The translations under genes and the position numbers were made by a program. The notes below the pieces were generated by a model. The model saw nothing but the letters and a program-made list of their open reading frames with translations, did no database searches and was not told the origin of the DNA. A DNA stretch of 64,000 nucleotides from Pseudomonadota bacterium (GTDB lineage Bacteria > Desulfobacterota > Desulfobacteria > Desulfobacterales > RPRI01), in NCBI GenBank assembly GCA_043825875.1, contig JBDRRF010000051.1, positions 96,001 through 160,000 on the forward strand, given 5' to 3'. Of this stretch, positions 9,540 to 20,095 are shown piece after piece (the first letter of the stretch is position 1; each line of letters starts with the position of its first letter).

Positions 9540-10961
9540 TTAATTCCTGTTTAAAATTGCGGTAACAGCATCTTTAATAATAACCAACTCATCTTCCTTA
9601 ACAGTTCTTAGATCTATAATAAAATTATCATCCTCAATCCTTCCTATTATTGGCGGTGTATTATTACGCATATTTTTCTCAATAGAATTTACCGACATAC
9701 CGGCAATTTTTATGGCAATACATTTTGAGGGAAGATTAACAAGCGGCAAAGATCCTCCACCTGCTTTAGAATCCATATCAACAGGTTTAATTGAAAGGGC
9801 CAAATTGTTTATACCGGAAAAAAGTTTAATAAGTTTTGCAGCACGTTTTTTTATTAGATTAATTGGAGTTGTCAACATAGAAAGCGTTGGAATAAGCTTT
9901 ACGGCTTTTTCAGGATCTCTATATAATCTGAGAGTGCTTTCAAGAGCAGCAAGAGTCAGTTTATCAATGCGAAGCGCTCTTGTTAAAGGATTCTTCTTAA
10001 TAACATCAATGATATCTTTCTTGCCAACTATGATTCCTGCCTGAGGGCCGCCTAACAATTTGTCTCCGCTAAAAGTTACTATGTCTGCTCCCGCCGATAC
10101 CGATTCCTGGACAGTCGGTTCTTTGGTAAGGCCGTACATTGAAAAATCGATAAAAGTACCGCTGCCCAAATCTTCCATAACAGGAATATTATATTTTGAG
10201 CCTAATAAAATAAGCTCCTTTAAATCAGCACTTTCTGTAAAACCTACAACACTGAAATTACTGGTATGAACCTTAAGCAACAGCCCTGTATCGCTTTCAA
10301 TTGCTTTTTCATAATCCTTAACACGGGTTCTGTTCGTAGTTCCGACTTCCTTTAAAATGGCTCCGCTTTTTGCAATAATATCAGGTATCCGAAACGATCC
10401 ACCAATCTCAACAAGCTCACCTCTTGATACTATTACTGTTTTACTTCTGGCCATTGTTTCAAGACATAACAAGACTGCTGCGGCATTATTGTTGACAGCC
10501 ATAGCAGCTTCTGCGCCGCTTAATTCACATAAAATTTCTTCAACACTGGCGTATCTGGTACCGCGCTCACCTTTATTAAGATCAAATTCAAGGTTCGAAT
10601 AATTTCCTGCAATCAAGCCAAGATTTTTTATGATATCGGCTGCAAGGATAGAACGGCCAAGATTTGTATGAATAACCACACCGGTCGCATTAATAACCTG
10701 CGTAAGATTAGGCGCCATTGACTTATTTGCGGCAAATTTTATTTTTTCCATAATAAGCGAATCGCTCAGATCTGTTTCGGCGGGAAGCTTTGTAACATCT
10801 AAAATTTCATTTCTTAATTTTCCAACAACTTTTCTTATAGATAAAAGAAGAACCGATCTCGGTATGTCATTAAAGGCAGGTTCCGTTTTTGAAAGTTCAA
10901 GAATATAGTCTACGCCGGGAAGCATTTTTAAGAGGTTTTGCTGTTTTTCATTTAATTCCAT
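9540..10961 (-). CDS. selA: L-seryl-tRNA(Sec) selenium transferase
   Basis: VINATGVVIHTNLGRS, VNNNAAAV, SGDKLLGGPQAG. Confidence 0.97.
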   Translation of the reverse strand: MELNEKQQNLLKMLPGVDYILELSKTEPAFNDIPRSVLLLSIRKVVGKLRNEILDVTKLPAETDLSDSLIMEKIKFAANKSMAPNLTQVINATGVVIHTNLGRSILAADIIKNLGLIAGNYSNLEFDLNKGERGTRYASVEEILCELSGAEAAMAVNNNAAAVLLCLETMARSKTVIVSRGELVEIGGSFRIPDIIAKSGAILKEVGTTNRTRVKDYEKAIESDTGLLLKVHTSNFSVVGFTESADLKELILLGSKYNIPVMEDLGSGTFIDFSMYGLTKEPTVQESVSAGADIVTFSGDKLLGGPQAGIIVGKKDIIDVIKKNPLTRALRIDKLTLAALESTLRLYRDPEKAVKLIPTLSMLTTPINLIKKRAAKLIKLFSGINNLALSIKPVDMDSKAGGGSLPLVNLPSKCIAIKIAGMSVNSIEKNMRNNTPPIIGRIEDDNFIIDLRTVKEDELVIIKDAVTAILNRN

Positions 10962-11015
10962 ATCGTAATTTCCGATTATAAGCTTTATTTCTCCTTAAAT
11001 TATTATTTGCATGCT

Positions 11016-11516
11016 TCAGCCGCGCGAGGTACGAACGTCAGCTGGAAGCAATTGTTGGAGATTCTTGATTCGATTCATAAGTTCTGAAATCTTTGGGACC
11101 TCTTGATCGATCTCTGATACATGCTTGCCGATTAAAGAACCTCGGTTGATTTGAATTCGGTCGTGAAGAATCTGAAGTGCTCCGATAGGATAGGCTTCTT
11201 TCCTTTCTTCCATATAAGCGACCAATTTTTCAGTCTCGTCAATAGTCAGAGATAAATCCGTCACAAATCCGATCCAATCCTCATCCCTTTCGGAAGTCAG
11301 ATATTTGTCAGCTAATACAAAAATACTGGATTCTGTTTCTTTCTCTTTTAGATAGACTGGTCCTCCGCCGTGCATGCCCGAGTGAGGATAATACTCAACC
11401 CAGATCGTCTCAGATTCCTTTTCATTGTATTCTTTTCGCCAATTTTGCCGATCATCAAAGACTAATTCACAGGATCTCAAGATCCGTTTCTGATCTGACT
11501 GGTTTAGGACATACAT
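11016..11516 (-). CDS. Hypothetical protein, likely horizontally acquired
   Basis: 166-aa ORF, no recognised motif, sequence texture differs from neighbours. Confidence 0.55.
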   Translation of the reverse strand: MYVLNQSDQKRILRSCELVFDDRQNWRKEYNEKESETIWVEYYPHSGMHGGGPVYLKEKETESSIFVLADKYLTSERDEDWIGFVTDLSLTIDETEKLVAYMEERKEAYPIGALQILHDRIQINRGSLIGKHVSEIDQEVPKISELMNRIKNLQQLLPADVRTSRG

Positions 11517-11685
11517 TCTTTAGATCTCCAACAAATGTTATTATAATTCATGCCTTTTTTCAGACTTTTTACATACCATTTTATACTCAATTAATTCAAC
11601 ATTTTTCTTTACTGTTGCATATAAAACATAATTTAGTGTATGTAAGATTTAAGGTTATCTATCGGGGTTGGAATCGGGAGTTTAC

Positions 11686-12741
11686 ATGAAAAATATACTT
11701 GTTACAGGCGGATGCGGATTTATCGGATCAAATTTCATACGATATATTTTATCGGAAACCGGATTTGACGGGCGTATTGTAAACGTAGACAAGCTTACAT
11801 ATGCCGGAAACATGGAAAATCTATCGGGCATCAAAGAAGCTTTTCCTGATCGCTATTACTTTTCCAAAACCGATATTTGCGATCTTTCGGAGCTGACCGG
11901 TCTTTTTAAGACATATGATATTGATACAATATGTCATTTTGCCGCAGAATCACATGTTGACAGATCAATAACAAAACCCGGAGATTTTATCCGCACAAAT
12001 ATAGAAGGTACTTTTTGCCTTTTGGAGCTTGCAAGGCAATTTAAAGACAAGCTTGAACTCTTTCATCATGTGAGTACCGACGAAGTCTTTGGTTCACTCG
12101 GTGAATCAGGATACTTCACTGAAACAACACCATATAATCCCAGCAGCCCCTATTCTGCTTCCAAAGCTTCCTCAGACCACCTTGTAAGAGCTTATTCCAT
12201 AACCTACGGGATTCCTGTTACGATATCCAATTGCTCAAATAATTACGGGCCGTATCAATTTCCCGAAAAGCTTATCCCTCTGATGATTTTAAATGCCATA
12301 GGAAATGAACCGCTTCCGGTATATGGCCAAGGTGTTAATGTCCGCGACTGGCTTTATGTAATAGATCATTGCAAAGCCATATGGACGATAATGAAAAACG
12401 GGCGCAGAGGCGATACATATAATATAGGCGGAGACTGTGAAAAACGAAATATTGATGTAGTAAATATCATCTGCGACCTTGTGGATAAGTTGATTCCTTT
12501 AGAAAATACAACACCAAGAAAGAATTTGATAACTTTTGTAAAAGACAGGCCAGGGCATGATCTAAGATACGCAATAGATTTTACAAAACTTAAAAATGAG
12601 CTTGAATGGATACCATCAGAAACATTTGAATCAGGAATTGAAAAAACCATAAAATGGTATATTGATAATACAAATTGGGTGGCAAGGATCAAAAGCGGCG
12701 AATACAAAAAATGGATAAAACAACAATATGAAGACCGGTAA
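11686..12741 (+). CDS. rfbB: dTDP-glucose 4,6-dehydratase
   Basis: TGGCGFIG, HFAAESHVDRS, HVSTDEV, YSASK; ATG 11686 after GGGAG. Confidence 0.95.
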   Translation: MKNILVTGGCGFIGSNFIRYILSETGFDGRIVNVDKLTYAGNMENLSGIKEAFPDRYYFSKTDICDLSELTGLFKTYDIDTICHFAAESHVDRSITKPGDFIRTNIEGTFCLLELARQFKDKLELFHHVSTDEVFGSLGESGYFTETTPYNPSSPYSASKASSDHLVRAYSITYGIPVTISNCSNNYGPYQFPEKLIPLMILNAIGNEPLPVYGQGVNVRDWLYVIDHCKAIWTIMKNGRRGDTYNIGGDCEKRNIDVVNIICDLVDKLIPLENTTPRKNLITFVKDRPGHDLRYAIDFTKLKNELEWIPSETFESGIEKTIKWYIDNTNWVARIKSGEYKKWIKQQYEDR

Positions 12742-12762
12742 CAAGATTATAGAGGCCTGAAT

Positions 12763-13482
12763 TTGAAAAGCGCAAAAGATTACATTATATTTCCTCTCGA
12801 TGTCCCATCGGTAAAAGATGCAAAACATTATGTAAAACTTCTTTCCAATCATGTTGGAATGTTTAAAATAGGGCTTGAACTTTTCATAAGGTCAGGACCT
12901 GATGTAGTAAAAATGATTAAAGATATAAGTAATGCAGGTATTTTTCTGGATCTTAAGCTGCATGATATACCAGAAACAGTAAAACGCTCTACAGAAAGCA
13001 TTGCCGATCTTGACGTGGATTTAACTACTGTTCATTGTGCCGAATCAAATGCAATGCTAAAAGCCGCTGTAGCGGGCTGCAAAGGTAAAGTGGCTATTCT
13101 TGGGGTAACCTTATTAACTAGTATATCTTCCAAGGACATCCGGGATGCCGGTTTTGAAAATCAATACTATGCCGATATTTCAAAGCTTGTTTTAAAAAAA
13201 GCTAAGATGGCAAAAGATGCAGGATGTAAAGGGGTAGTCTGCTCCGGGCTTGAAGTTATGATGATAAAAAAATCATTCGGCAAAGAATTTATCGCCGTAA
13301 CACCCGGCATAAGACCTGCATGGAGTTTATCGGAAAAAGACGACCAGAAGCGCGTTACAACACCTGCCGATGCAATAAAAAACGGCTCCGATTATCTTGT
13401 AATAGGAAGACCTGTAAGGGATGCAAAAAATCCTCTTGATGCAGCCATAATGACTGCGGAAGAAATTGAATCCGCACTGTAA
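12763..13482 (+). CDS. pyrF: Orotidine-5'-phosphate decarboxylase
   Basis: FLDLKLHDIPETV, VTPGIRP, LVIGRP. Confidence 0.97.
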   Translation: MKSAKDYIIFPLDVPSVKDAKHYVKLLSNHVGMFKIGLELFIRSGPDVVKMIKDISNAGIFLDLKLHDIPETVKRSTESIADLDVDLTTVHCAESNAMLKAAVAGCKGKVAILGVTLLTSISSKDIRDAGFENQYYADISKLVLKKAKMAKDAGCKGVVCSGLEVMMIKKSFGKEFIAVTPGIRPAWSLSEKDDQKRVTTPADAIKNGSDYLVIGRPVRDAKNPLDAAIMTAEEIESAL

Positions 13483-13505
13483 TAAAGCAAATTAATTTGC
13501 CAATA

Positions 13506-13647
13506 GAGCCACTTTCAAAACGTTTCAGTTTGGTCAAGCTCAAGGCGGGAGGAAATTTCAACCACAGGAATACATTTAGTATTTCGAGGATTGAAATTTG
13601 AGCCCAACGCAGAGATCGGCCAAAATGGGGCATTTTGAAACTGGCTC
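13506..13647. repeat. 142-bp MITE-like palindromic element, copy 1
   Basis: Terminal inverted repeats gagccactttcaaaa / ttttgaaactggctc; near-identical copy at 28088-28229. Confidence 0.9.
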
Positions 13648-13661
13648 AATATTAATAATCA

Positions 13662-15515
13662 ATGCATGAGGTAGTAAGAATGAATGACTACATTCAATAT
13701 TACGGCCTTTCAGAAAATCCGTTCGATATCTCGCCGGATTCAAAATTCTTCTTTCCTTCAGAAAGTCATAAGGAAGCTTTAGCCTCTTTGCTCTACGTAG
13801 TCAAGGAACGCAAAGGATTCATGCTGCTTATCGGCGAAGAAGGCTCTGGCAAAACCATTCTGGTAAACCACCTGATCAAGAGTTTGGATAATAATGAAAA
13901 TGTAGTCTATTTTTCGGATGGGAATCTTTCATACGAACAGATATTAAAGGAACTTCTGATCAAACTGAAGCTGTCACCTAAAAGAATCAATAAAGCTGCT
14001 ATGCTTTTTGAATTAAATGATTATTTAATACAAAATCTGGCTCTGGGGAAAAATCTGATTCTTATTATCGATGAAGCTCAAAACATTTCCGGGGATGTAT
14101 TGGAAGAACTGCGATTGACATCCAATCTGGAAACCAGCACATCAAAGCTTTTGCAAATAATTTTTGTGGGCAGGCCAAAACTCGAAGCCAAACTTAATAC
14201 CAGAGGCTTAAGGCAGCTAAAACAAAGGATCGGCACAATAGGTCGTATCACTCGTTTAAGCCCTGCGGAATCGATAGAATATATTAATCATCGATTACTG
14301 CATGCAGGATGTGATAGTACTGATATATTTTCATCAAAAGCACTTGCTTTAATTTGCAGGCATTCAGATGGCATCCCTATAAACATTAATCTTCTCTGCC
14401 ACAATGCCTTATTTAAAGGATTTGAATACTCAGAAAAACCAATCTTAGCTAAAACGATAAGAAAGATCCGCAATAAAGGCTATCTTTTAGAAGATAAACA
14501 AACAAAAGACGCTGTAACCGGGCATAAACAAAAACCCCGCTTCACATTCGCAAAACGGAAAGTATGGCTTAAAAGATCTCTTTATTTATGCCTTACTTTC
14601 GGATGCATAATGCTTGCAGTGTTGCTGGGTGAAAAACATCTGAATAACATCCCTGAAATCTCTAAATCATTAACTTATTTCAAACCAACCACTGTAAGTA
14701 AAAAAGTTCCCAAAAAAGTTAAAATAAAAGCCCCCGTTACAAAAAAAGTAATAACCGACGCTACAGTCATCGAGGAGGTTTTAGTACCTGAACCATTACC
14801 GGTTATACCTTTAATGGATAATCAGCCTGAACAAAATACTTCTGACACTTCTAATACTTCTGATACAGCTGACACTTCTGATATATCTGATACTTCTAAT
14901 ACTTCTGATACTTCTGATATTTCTGATATTTCTGATATTTCTGATATAGCTGACACTTCTAATACAGCTGATACAGCTGGCACTTCTGTTATTTCTGATA
15001 CAGCTGATACTTTTAATACAGCTGATACCGCTGATCTGAAAGATCCGCCCAGTGTACCGGAAACAAACGGGTTACGATATGAAAAAATTGTTACTATTAA
15101 TGAAGGAGATACTCTTTACCTCTTAATTCTAAACAATTATAATCTGGCAAACACAACACTGCTGGATATTATCATAGCATTCAACCCGGAAATCCCCAAT
15201 CCTGATCTGATTTTCTTAAATAGTAAAATTCGTATGCCGGAAATTACAGAATCAAATCTGATTGAAATATCATCTGATGGAAGCATCAATGCTCATCTTG
15301 GAACTTTTTCAACCCGCAAAAAAGCTGTAAATTACAAGAGTTTGATCAATATTACTGATAAGGAAATTGCAATTATACCCAAAACAGTACCACCCGACAA
15401 AACATGGTTCAGAGTTATTGCAGGGCCTTTTACTAATGAAGAAGATTGTTTGAAAATGCTTAAGGAATTAAGGCAAAAAGGGCTTCTGCCAGCTTTCGGA
15501 AAAATCTCAAATTGA
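13662..15515 (+). CDS. ExeA/GspA-like AAA ATPase with TM helix, Ser/Asp/Thr linker, LysM-like and SPOR domains
   Basis: YYGLSENPF, Walker A GEEGSGKT, IIDEAQ, LRQLKQRI; C-terminal WFRVIAGPF. Confidence 0.8.
   Translation: MHEVVRMNDYIQYYGLSENPFDISPDSKFFFPSESHKEALASLLYVVKERKGFMLLIGEEGSGKTILVNHLIKSLDNNENVVYFSDGNLSYEQILKELLIKLKLSPKRINKAAMLFELNDYLIQNLALGKNLILIIDEAQNISGDVLEELRLTSNLETSTSKLLQIIFVGRPKLEAKLNTRGLRQLKQRIGTIGRITRLSPAESIEYINHRLLHAGCDSTDIFSSKALALICRHSDGIPININLLCHNALFKGFEYSEKPILAKTIRKIRNKGYLLEDKQTKDAVTGHKQKPRFTFAKRKVWLKRSLYLCLTFGCIMLAVLLGEKHLNNIPEISKSLTYFKPTTVSKKVPKKVKIKAPVTKKVITDATVIEEVLVPEPLPVIPLMDNQPEQNTSDTSNTSDTADTSDISDTSNTSDTSDISDISDISDIADTSNTADTAGTSVISDTADTFNTADTADLKDPPSVPETNGLRYEKIVTINEGDTLYLLILNNYNLANTTLLDIIIAFNPEIPNPDLIFLNSKIRMPEITESNLIEISSDGSINAHLGTFSTRKKAVNYKSLINITDKEIAIIPKTVPPDKTWFRVIAGPFTNEEDCLKMLKELRQKGLLPAFGKISN
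14836..15035 (+). repeat. Intragenic 9-bp tandem repeat (tctgatact-like) encoding (S/A)(D/N)(T/I) triplets
   Basis: About 20 consecutive degenerate units visible in DNA and protein. Confidence 0.9.
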
Positions 15516-15623
15516 AATAAATTTTCTGTCACAACTTAAAAAGGCCCAATTGAAGAATGGCGAATAGAAAAAAATAACGTTTAATGTGCAAGGACTCTTG
15601 TAACCGAAGTCAGGTTGAAAGGC

Positions 15624-15850
15624 TTAGCCAATTTTATTATACTTTGTCATCCGCCCATTTCTCACTGCTTCTATTTTTTTACTATCAACAAGTTGTTTTA
15701 AATCTCTGCTTTCTGTAACTGTCGATATTCCTTTATTTATCCTCATATATTCTTTTCTATCATTATAACTCCTTATGATTGTATCTATGAATGATAATCT
15801 GCAATTTCCACATTCATTGGCCCATTCCCGGTCCAAATGAAACAAATGCG
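15624..15850 (-). pseudogene. Chimeric relic: copy of higB 3' end/higA start joined to a winged-HTH C-terminal fragment
   Basis: 15758-15850 matches 19737-19829 at 88/93 nt; followed by YMRINKGISTVTESRDLKQLV...GRMTKY. Confidence 0.65.
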
Positions 15851-15979
15851 CTGGGAAGAATCTTAACAAACAAAATTAAGCAAAAAAAGATTTTGCTTGT
15901 AAACAGGATAAATAAAAGTATGATAATATAATCAAGCCTTTTAAAAATTTATCATCAAGTTACTATCGGAGATACCCAT

Positions 15980-18547
15980 ATGAAAAAAGCCCTTATTACC
16001 ATAGGAATCATTCTGGCTCTTATTCTCTGTGTCATTATTATTCTACCGTTTGTGATTGATATTAACTCTATTGTGGCAAAACAAATTCCAACCATCGAAA
16101 AACAGTTAAACCGGAAAGTTGTTATTGGTGATGTTAAATTAACGATACTTACCGGTTTGGGAGCAGAAATCAAAAATGTCAAAATCTCCAACAGCCCGGA
16201 TTTTAAGCAGCAAGACTTTGTCAGTATAGACAGTTTAAAAGCCACGGTACAAGTTCTGCCACTACTTAAAAAAAAGTTTCTGATTTCTTCCGTATCAATT
16301 AATACTCCTTCAATACTGATTGAAAGAGATGCAAAAGGCAGATTTAATTTTTCCGATATGATCCCAACGAAACCGCCTGAAAAAGCTCCTCCTGCAAAAC
16401 CGCAAAAAAAAGACGAAACAGAAAATCCGCTGGCGGCTCTTGAAAATATTTCCGTATCCAAAATTTCTATAACAGATGGAAATTTTAAATTTATTGACGC
16501 TTACAATACTAAAACTGCCAAAGAAATTGCTTTGGACAAATTCAATCTTACAATGAAAGCAGTTTCATTATCTGAAAAAATCAACATTGATTTTGAAACC
16601 GATGTTTATGCAAGTCCCAAGGCAGGACATGTTTTGCTTTCGGGTGATATTGGCCCCATCGGCCAAAAGCCGGTACCTGAAAATATTCCCGTTGATCTGA
16701 CTTTATCTGTTGATGATGTCAATCTACCCCATCTTATGCAATATATTAAAGGAATTAATATCAAATCCGGCGCTGTTGATGTCAAAATGGATTTAAAAGG
16801 ACGTTTGAGCGATAACCTTCAATGCCGCCTCGGCATTGACTGGGACAAGCTGGACTTAGTACTGGCAGACAACACCAAAGAAGAATCAGCTCCACAGCTC
16901 TTAATGGACGGCTCATGGAAAATCGAGGCCAATATTTTGTCAAAAAGCTTGGCTGAAGATTTAAGCTTTAAAACCGACATGGATGCAACAAAAGGAAAAA
17001 TTGCGTTTGGAAATCTGTTTACAAAGGATGCGGGTATACCCCTATCACTTAATATAAACGGTCTTTATAAAAAAGATATTCTAAAAGTTGATAATCTCGA
17101 ATTTATCTTAAATAAAATAGTACTGACCGGCTTAGCCGATATTTCCAATTTTGCCGATCCGTCTATTAATGGAACCTTAAAGATGGCCCCTGCCCCGCTG
17201 GATTCACTGGCTCCGATTCTGCCCTCATTAAAAGCTTATAAACTCGAAGGAGATCTGGCGCTTTCCGATGTCCGTTTCAAGGGAAAAATCAATAAGCTAA
17301 AAAATCTTACCGGTGTTGCCGCCAGTTTAACCCTTAAAAACGGGAGCGCTACATCCGCCGAACTCGGGAAAAAGATTGAAAGCATTCAGGTAGCTGTAAA
17401 TATAGCTGATAATGCCGTTAAGATACAAAATACATCGCTTCGTATCGGACCTTCTGATCTAAGCCTTAATGCAACCATACGAAACATTATGAAACCGGAC
17501 ATTACATTCAACCTTGCTTCTAATTATCTCGATATTGACACACTGATGCCCGCATCCGCGAAAGAAAAACAAAAAGCTATAAAAAAGGAACCTAAAGCAG
17601 GCGAATCAAAAGCGGCCGAATCAAAAACAAAAACATCCGAAAAGCAAAAAGCCCCGGATTTAAAAGCACAGGGGAAGATCTCTATTAAAAAATGCAAATA
17701 CAATAAATCGGATTTTGAAAATGTTTCAGCTGAAATTCAATATGAAAACGCGGTTGCCACATTAAAAAATATAAGTTTTGACAGCTTCGATGGTAACATA
17801 AAAGCAAATGCAAAAGTAAATCTTAGCGATATGCAATCTCCGAAATGGGATATGGATCTTGCTACAAAAAACATTAATGTGAATAAAGTCCTGAATCAAT
17901 TTACCAGTATACAAGATACACTTTTTGGAAACGTCAACAGCAACTTAAGCATTCAGGGGAAAGGATCGGACTGGAATATAATTTCAAAAAGTCTTGCAGG
18001 AAAAGGTTCTGCCGACATTACCAATGGGAAACTCGCCAATGTAAATATATTGGATGCCGTATCCGAAAGTCTTTTAAAATTTAAAGGATTAAACATGGTA
18101 GCGCAAGCCATCGCACCGGAAAAACAAAAAAGCTTAAACGAAACTGCATTTAAAGACCTTGCAGGAAAATTTAGTATCGAGGCAGGAAAAATCGCACTTG
18201 ATACCATGAAAATATCCGCAAAAGATTTTATACTATCCGGTAAAGGCGCCATTGGCCTTGATAAATCCCTTGATTTGAATACGGCAGTACTTCTTACCAA
18301 ATCCGCATCCGAGCGTTTCCAAAAAGACAAGACATTAAAATACCTTTTAAATAATGATCAGCAACTGGAAATTCCCTGCACCATCAAAGGTGATGTAACA
18401 TCTCCGCAAATCGCGGCAGACGGGAACAGCCTTAACCGCCTGCTTGGAAATGCCGCATCAAAGGTTGTGCAAGAACAGGTTCAAAAAAAGCTTGACGGGA
18501 AAGTGGGAAAAGAACTCGATAATGTTTTAAAAAATATATTCAAATGA
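15980..18547 (+). CDS. AsmA family protein
   Basis: N-terminal TM, LNRKVVIG, ILIERDAKGRFNFSD, AsmA-like C-terminus. Confidence 0.85.
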   Translation: MKKALITIGIILALILCVIIILPFVIDINSIVAKQIPTIEKQLNRKVVIGDVKLTILTGLGAEIKNVKISNSPDFKQQDFVSIDSLKATVQVLPLLKKKFLISSVSINTPSILIERDAKGRFNFSDMIPTKPPEKAPPAKPQKKDETENPLAALENISVSKISITDGNFKFIDAYNTKTAKEIALDKFNLTMKAVSLSEKINIDFETDVYASPKAGHVLLSGDIGPIGQKPVPENIPVDLTLSVDDVNLPHLMQYIKGINIKSGAVDVKMDLKGRLSDNLQCRLGIDWDKLDLVLADNTKEESAPQLLMDGSWKIEANILSKSLAEDLSFKTDMDATKGKIAFGNLFTKDAGIPLSLNINGLYKKDILKVDNLEFILNKIVLTGLADISNFADPSINGTLKMAPAPLDSLAPILPSLKAYKLEGDLALSDVRFKGKINKLKNLTGVAASLTLKNGSATSAELGKKIESIQVAVNIADNAVKIQNTSLRIGPSDLSLNATIRNIMKPDITFNLASNYLDIDTLMPASAKEKQKAIKKEPKAGESKAAESKTKTSEKQKAPDLKAQGKISIKKCKYNKSDFENVSAEIQYENAVATLKNISFDSFDGNIKANAKVNLSDMQSPKWDMDLATKNINVNKVLNQFTSIQDTLFGNVNSNLSIQGKGSDWNIISKSLAGKGSADITNGKLANVNILDAVSESLLKFKGLNMVAQAIAPEKQKSLNETAFKDLAGKFSIEAGKIALDTMKISAKDFILSGKGAIGLDKSLDLNTAVLLTKSASERFQKDKTLKYLLNNDQQLEIPCTIKGDVTSPQIAADGNSLNRLLGNAASKVVQEQVQKKLDGKVGKELDNVLKNIFK

Positions 18548-18594
18548 TTTATGGAAATTTGCATTCTATAAATCACAAAAACCGATAGGAAATT

Positions 18595-18626
18595 AAAAGT
18601 CCCCGTTGCAAGCAACGGGGACTTTT
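18595..18626. terminator. Bidirectional intrinsic terminator
   Basis: aaaagtccccgttgc-aa-gcaacggggactttt between convergent genes. Confidence 0.9.
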
Positions 18627-18647
18627 ATATTAATCAGGCAAACCACT

Positions 18648-19181
18648 TTAATTAGCATTGATAGGCAATTTGTCGTGATCGACAAATATCAATTTACTAA
18701 TGTCAAACCCCGATGCAGCTGCTTTTTCTATGAGAGTATGTTTTATATCTTCTTTCATTATCGGGCTTCTTGCCAGAATCCATAAATAAGATTTGTCAGG
18801 GCCGCATACTAGTGAATATTGGTAATTCTCATGGTCAAGTCCAAAAACTATGTAAGAACCATAAAAGGGGCCAAAGAAAGAAACTTTCAGGTAACCCTGG
18901 CTAGATCCTTTTACAAAATAAGCCTTTCCTTCGGCTTCTTTCCATGAATCTTCTTTAGCAGAGTAACCGCGATTCAGCACTCTGATACCACCATCATCAC
19001 GCAAACTATAATCTGCTGTTACGTTGTTCAAACCTTTCTCAAACGAATGATCCAATCTCACAATTTCATACCACTTACCCAGATATTTCTCTATCCTGAA
19101 ATTATCAACGGGTTTTACATTTTCAGGTATTCCAACACACCCCATTAAAAATAAACAAAATACTATTGATAGTTTCTTCAT
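18648..19181 (-). CDS. blc: Bacterial lipocalin lipoprotein
   Basis: Lipobox LMGC, YLGKWYEI, LKVSFFGPFYG, YLWILAR; start moved to MKKLS. Confidence 0.92.
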   Translation of the reverse strand: MKKLSIVFCLFLMGCVGIPENVKPVDNFRIEKYLGKWYEIVRLDHSFEKGLNNVTADYSLRDDGGIRVLNRGYSAKEDSWKEAEGKAYFVKGSSQGYLKVSFFGPFYGSYIVFGLDHENYQYSLVCGPDKSYLWILARSPIMKEDIKHTLIEKAAASGFDISKLIFVDHDKLPINAN

Positions 19182-19394
19182 CTCTTTCCTTTTATATATT
19201 ACGTTCCGCATAAACGGATGGCAATGGAGCGCGTAATGCCTTGATTATGTATTGCTCAGTATGATTGCTTATTGGGAGAGTCGTGAAGGCAGCTATTGTA
19301 ACCCGGGTAATTGACTCAATGCCTGAAGTAGTTTCTTTTCTTATGAACATCTAAATCTCCGGTTTATTTTTACTTTGCTGTTCCTGCAAGCCGA

Positions 19395-19742
19395 TCAGGT
19401 AGCGCTATGCTGGGTGCTGGAATTATTCGTATCAAGATTGCCAAGGGGTAACGGCTTAATGTTATTCAGAGCATCTGACTCAGATTTCTTCGCGAAATAA
19501 AGATCCCATCTCAACTGAACATTCATCCAAAAGTCTGCCGACACTCCAAAAACCTTTGCCAGTCTTAATGCTGTACTAGGAGTGATTCCACGCCTCCCAT
19601 TTACTATTTCATTTATTCGTTGATAGGGAACATTTATGGCATTAGCTAAATCTCGCTGGGTTATGCCCATTGGCTTCAAAAACTCCTCCATCAGCATTTC
19701 CCCAGGATGGGTTGGTGTCCTATTTGTAGGTATCCGTATCAT
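19395..19742 (-). CDS. higA: HigA antitoxin
   Basis: PTHPGEML, RINEIVNGRRGITPSTALRL, FWMNVQ. Confidence 0.92.
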   Translation of the reverse strand: MIRIPTNRTPTHPGEMLMEEFLKPMGITQRDLANAINVPYQRINEIVNGRRGITPSTALRLAKVFGVSADFWMNVQLRWDLYFAKKSESDALNNIKPLPLGNLDTNNSSTQHSAT

Positions 19743-19763
19743 TATAACTCCTTATAATTGTAT

Positions 19764-20060
19764 CTATGAATGGTAATCTGCAATTTCCACATCCATTGGC
19801 CCATTCTCGGCCCAAATGAAACAAATGCGATATTGATCATTTATTCGGATACTGTATTGCCCCTTTCTGTCACCCGACAGCAACTCCAATCTATTTCCGG
19901 GCGGAATTCGCAATTCGTCAAGAGTCAAAACAGAATCCAGTCGATCAAGTTTTCTAAATACAACATTCCAAAGGCTTTGAGGACAAATTTTTCTAGCGGC
20001 TTTTGTCGACTGGCCGTTGAAAATTTCCTCTGTGGCTTTGTTTTTAAAGGATTGTATCCT
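19764..20060 (-). pseudogene. higB: HigB toxin with AGG in place of its start codon
   Basis: Open 99-codon frame (AGG)IQSFKNKATEEIF...PPGNRLELLSGDRKGQYSIRINDQYRICF...EIADYHS*. Confidence 0.8.
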
Positions 20061-20066
20061 GAAAAT

Positions 20067-20095
20067 ACGATAGCCCGGCTATCATGCTATTTCAA
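20067..20095 (-). promoter_or_regulatory. Putative sigma70 promoter of higBA with operator-like palindrome
   Basis: Minus strand TTGAAA-17 nt-TATCGT, 6 nt before the higB frame; tagccgggcta inverted repeat overlaps the spacer. Confidence 0.5.

Noticed and set aside
9540..11660. tRNA-Sec or other tRNA near selA
   Set aside because: No cloverleaf or T-loop plus acceptor stem recognised by eye; a tRNAscan run would be needed to exclude it
19195..19265. attC site upstream of blc
   Set aside because: Core reads GTAATAT rather than GTTRRRY and pairing is poor; too degenerate to call
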